Assembly (NCBI RefSeq): GCF_037042905.1
Contig: NC_087251.1
Span: 47,308,001-47,372,000 of the forward strand
Source: Lytechinus pictus
Lineage: Eukaryota
DNA length: 64,000 nucleotides
Direction: 5' to 3'
Part shown: positions 63,310-64,000 of the stretch, piece by piece
Layout of the letters: every line of letters begins with the position of its first letter
Numbering within the stretch: the first letter of the stretch is position 1
Translations under genes and position numbers: made by a program
Notes under the pieces: model-generated
What the model saw: only the letters and a program-made list of their open reading frames with translations
The model's database searches: none
Told to the model about the DNA's origin: nothing

Positions 63310-64000
63310 ATGGCAACACTAGTAAACATTGAACAATTCAGGGTTAAAGAACTCCGAGCAGAACTAAGTAAGTTAGGACTGGAGAAAAGCGGGGTGAAGG
63401 CAACGCTCATCTCTCGACTAAAAAGAGCAATGGACGCAGAAAAGGCCACAATCGCTGGTAATGGAAGAGAGGAGTCGGTTACTAATAAGCGAGAGAATGT
63501 TACTTGTGATGATCGATCGGTTAGGCCTATCCTACTCGAAATCTTGGACATTGTCAAAAACATCGACAACAGACTCAAGCGACTGGAAGCACAGAAAGAC
63601 GTCCGTGACGCCTCAACCTCCACCATCGTTGTGGAAGACTGTCATAGCAGTCTTCACATGGACGATGCATTTGTACAACAGGCAACATCAGTCGAAGAAG
63701 AATCGAGCATCCTACAATCATCATCAAACATTCAACTTCCAACTGTGAATTCAAGAGAATTTGTATCCAACATTCCAACTAGCAATCGTTTCGAGATTCT
63801 TGGGGTGGAGGGCGAAGCAAATGGAGCAGAATCATCGGATTGCGTCAGTGAGTGGAGACGGGTCGGGGTCAACCAACGCCAGAGACGTAAGGAGCACGAC
63901 GTGCTACTTTTAGGAGATTCGATGTTGAAGAACATTGATGGTCGTCGCCTGGCAAGCAAAATGAAAGTGAGATGTCGTTCCGTTCCCGGTGCCAGGTCCG
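63310..64000 (+). mobile_element. ORF1 of a CR1/L2-clade LINE (SAP domain, coiled coil, SGNH/GDSL esterase), truncated by the window end
   Basis: Open frame from ATG 63310 to the window end, absent from the ORF track: MATLVNIEQFRVKELRAELSKLGLEKSGVKATLISRL (SAP), ILDIVKNIDNRLKRLE (coiled coil), IPTSNRFEIL, VLLLGDSMLKNID...RSVPGA (SGNH blocks I and II). Confidence 0.8.

Noticed and set aside
1..64000. Prokaryotic operon or defence-system interpretation
   Set aside because: Spliceosomal introns, SINEs, LINEs, MITEs and very low coding density show animal nuclear DNA.

Overview
AT-rich, intron- and repeat-rich animal genomic DNA. The repeat landscape suggests a marine invertebrate deuterostome, probably a sea urchin (inference). 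Hand-splicing gives: (1) a 5-exon ALKBH1 on the minus strand (6349->1079); (2) a likely unrecognised 3-exon, 188-aa orphan gene on the plus strand (7757-9135) behind a CRE/CCAAT promoter; (3) an 18-exon gephyrin (GPHN, MogA-like G domain plus MoeA-like E domain, 637 aa, 12430-55265); (4) the 5' end of a CR1/L2-type LINE ORF1 (SAP, coiled coil, SGNH esterase) running off the window end. The strongest novelty lies in gephyrin intron 7. Two extra coding exons (26528-27845, 28247-28632) splice in frame onto the G-domain exons. They would give a ~756-aa alternative protein: G domain, NLS, acidic disordered region, then a Cys/His WRKY-GCM1/MULE-like Zn finger and HTH-like tail. This is a candidate domesticated-transposase DNA-binding module fused to a molybdenum-cofactor enzyme by an alternative last exon. 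Also present: a 2.06-kb palindromic Tc1 element made of two transposase 3' halves, degenerate 'echo' copies beside at least five gephyrin exons, a 5-kb non-autonomous piggyBac nested in a Helentron-like element, and many Kolobok/Harbinger/hAT-like MITEs and tRNA-derived SINEs. All exon and domain calls were made by eye, without database searches.
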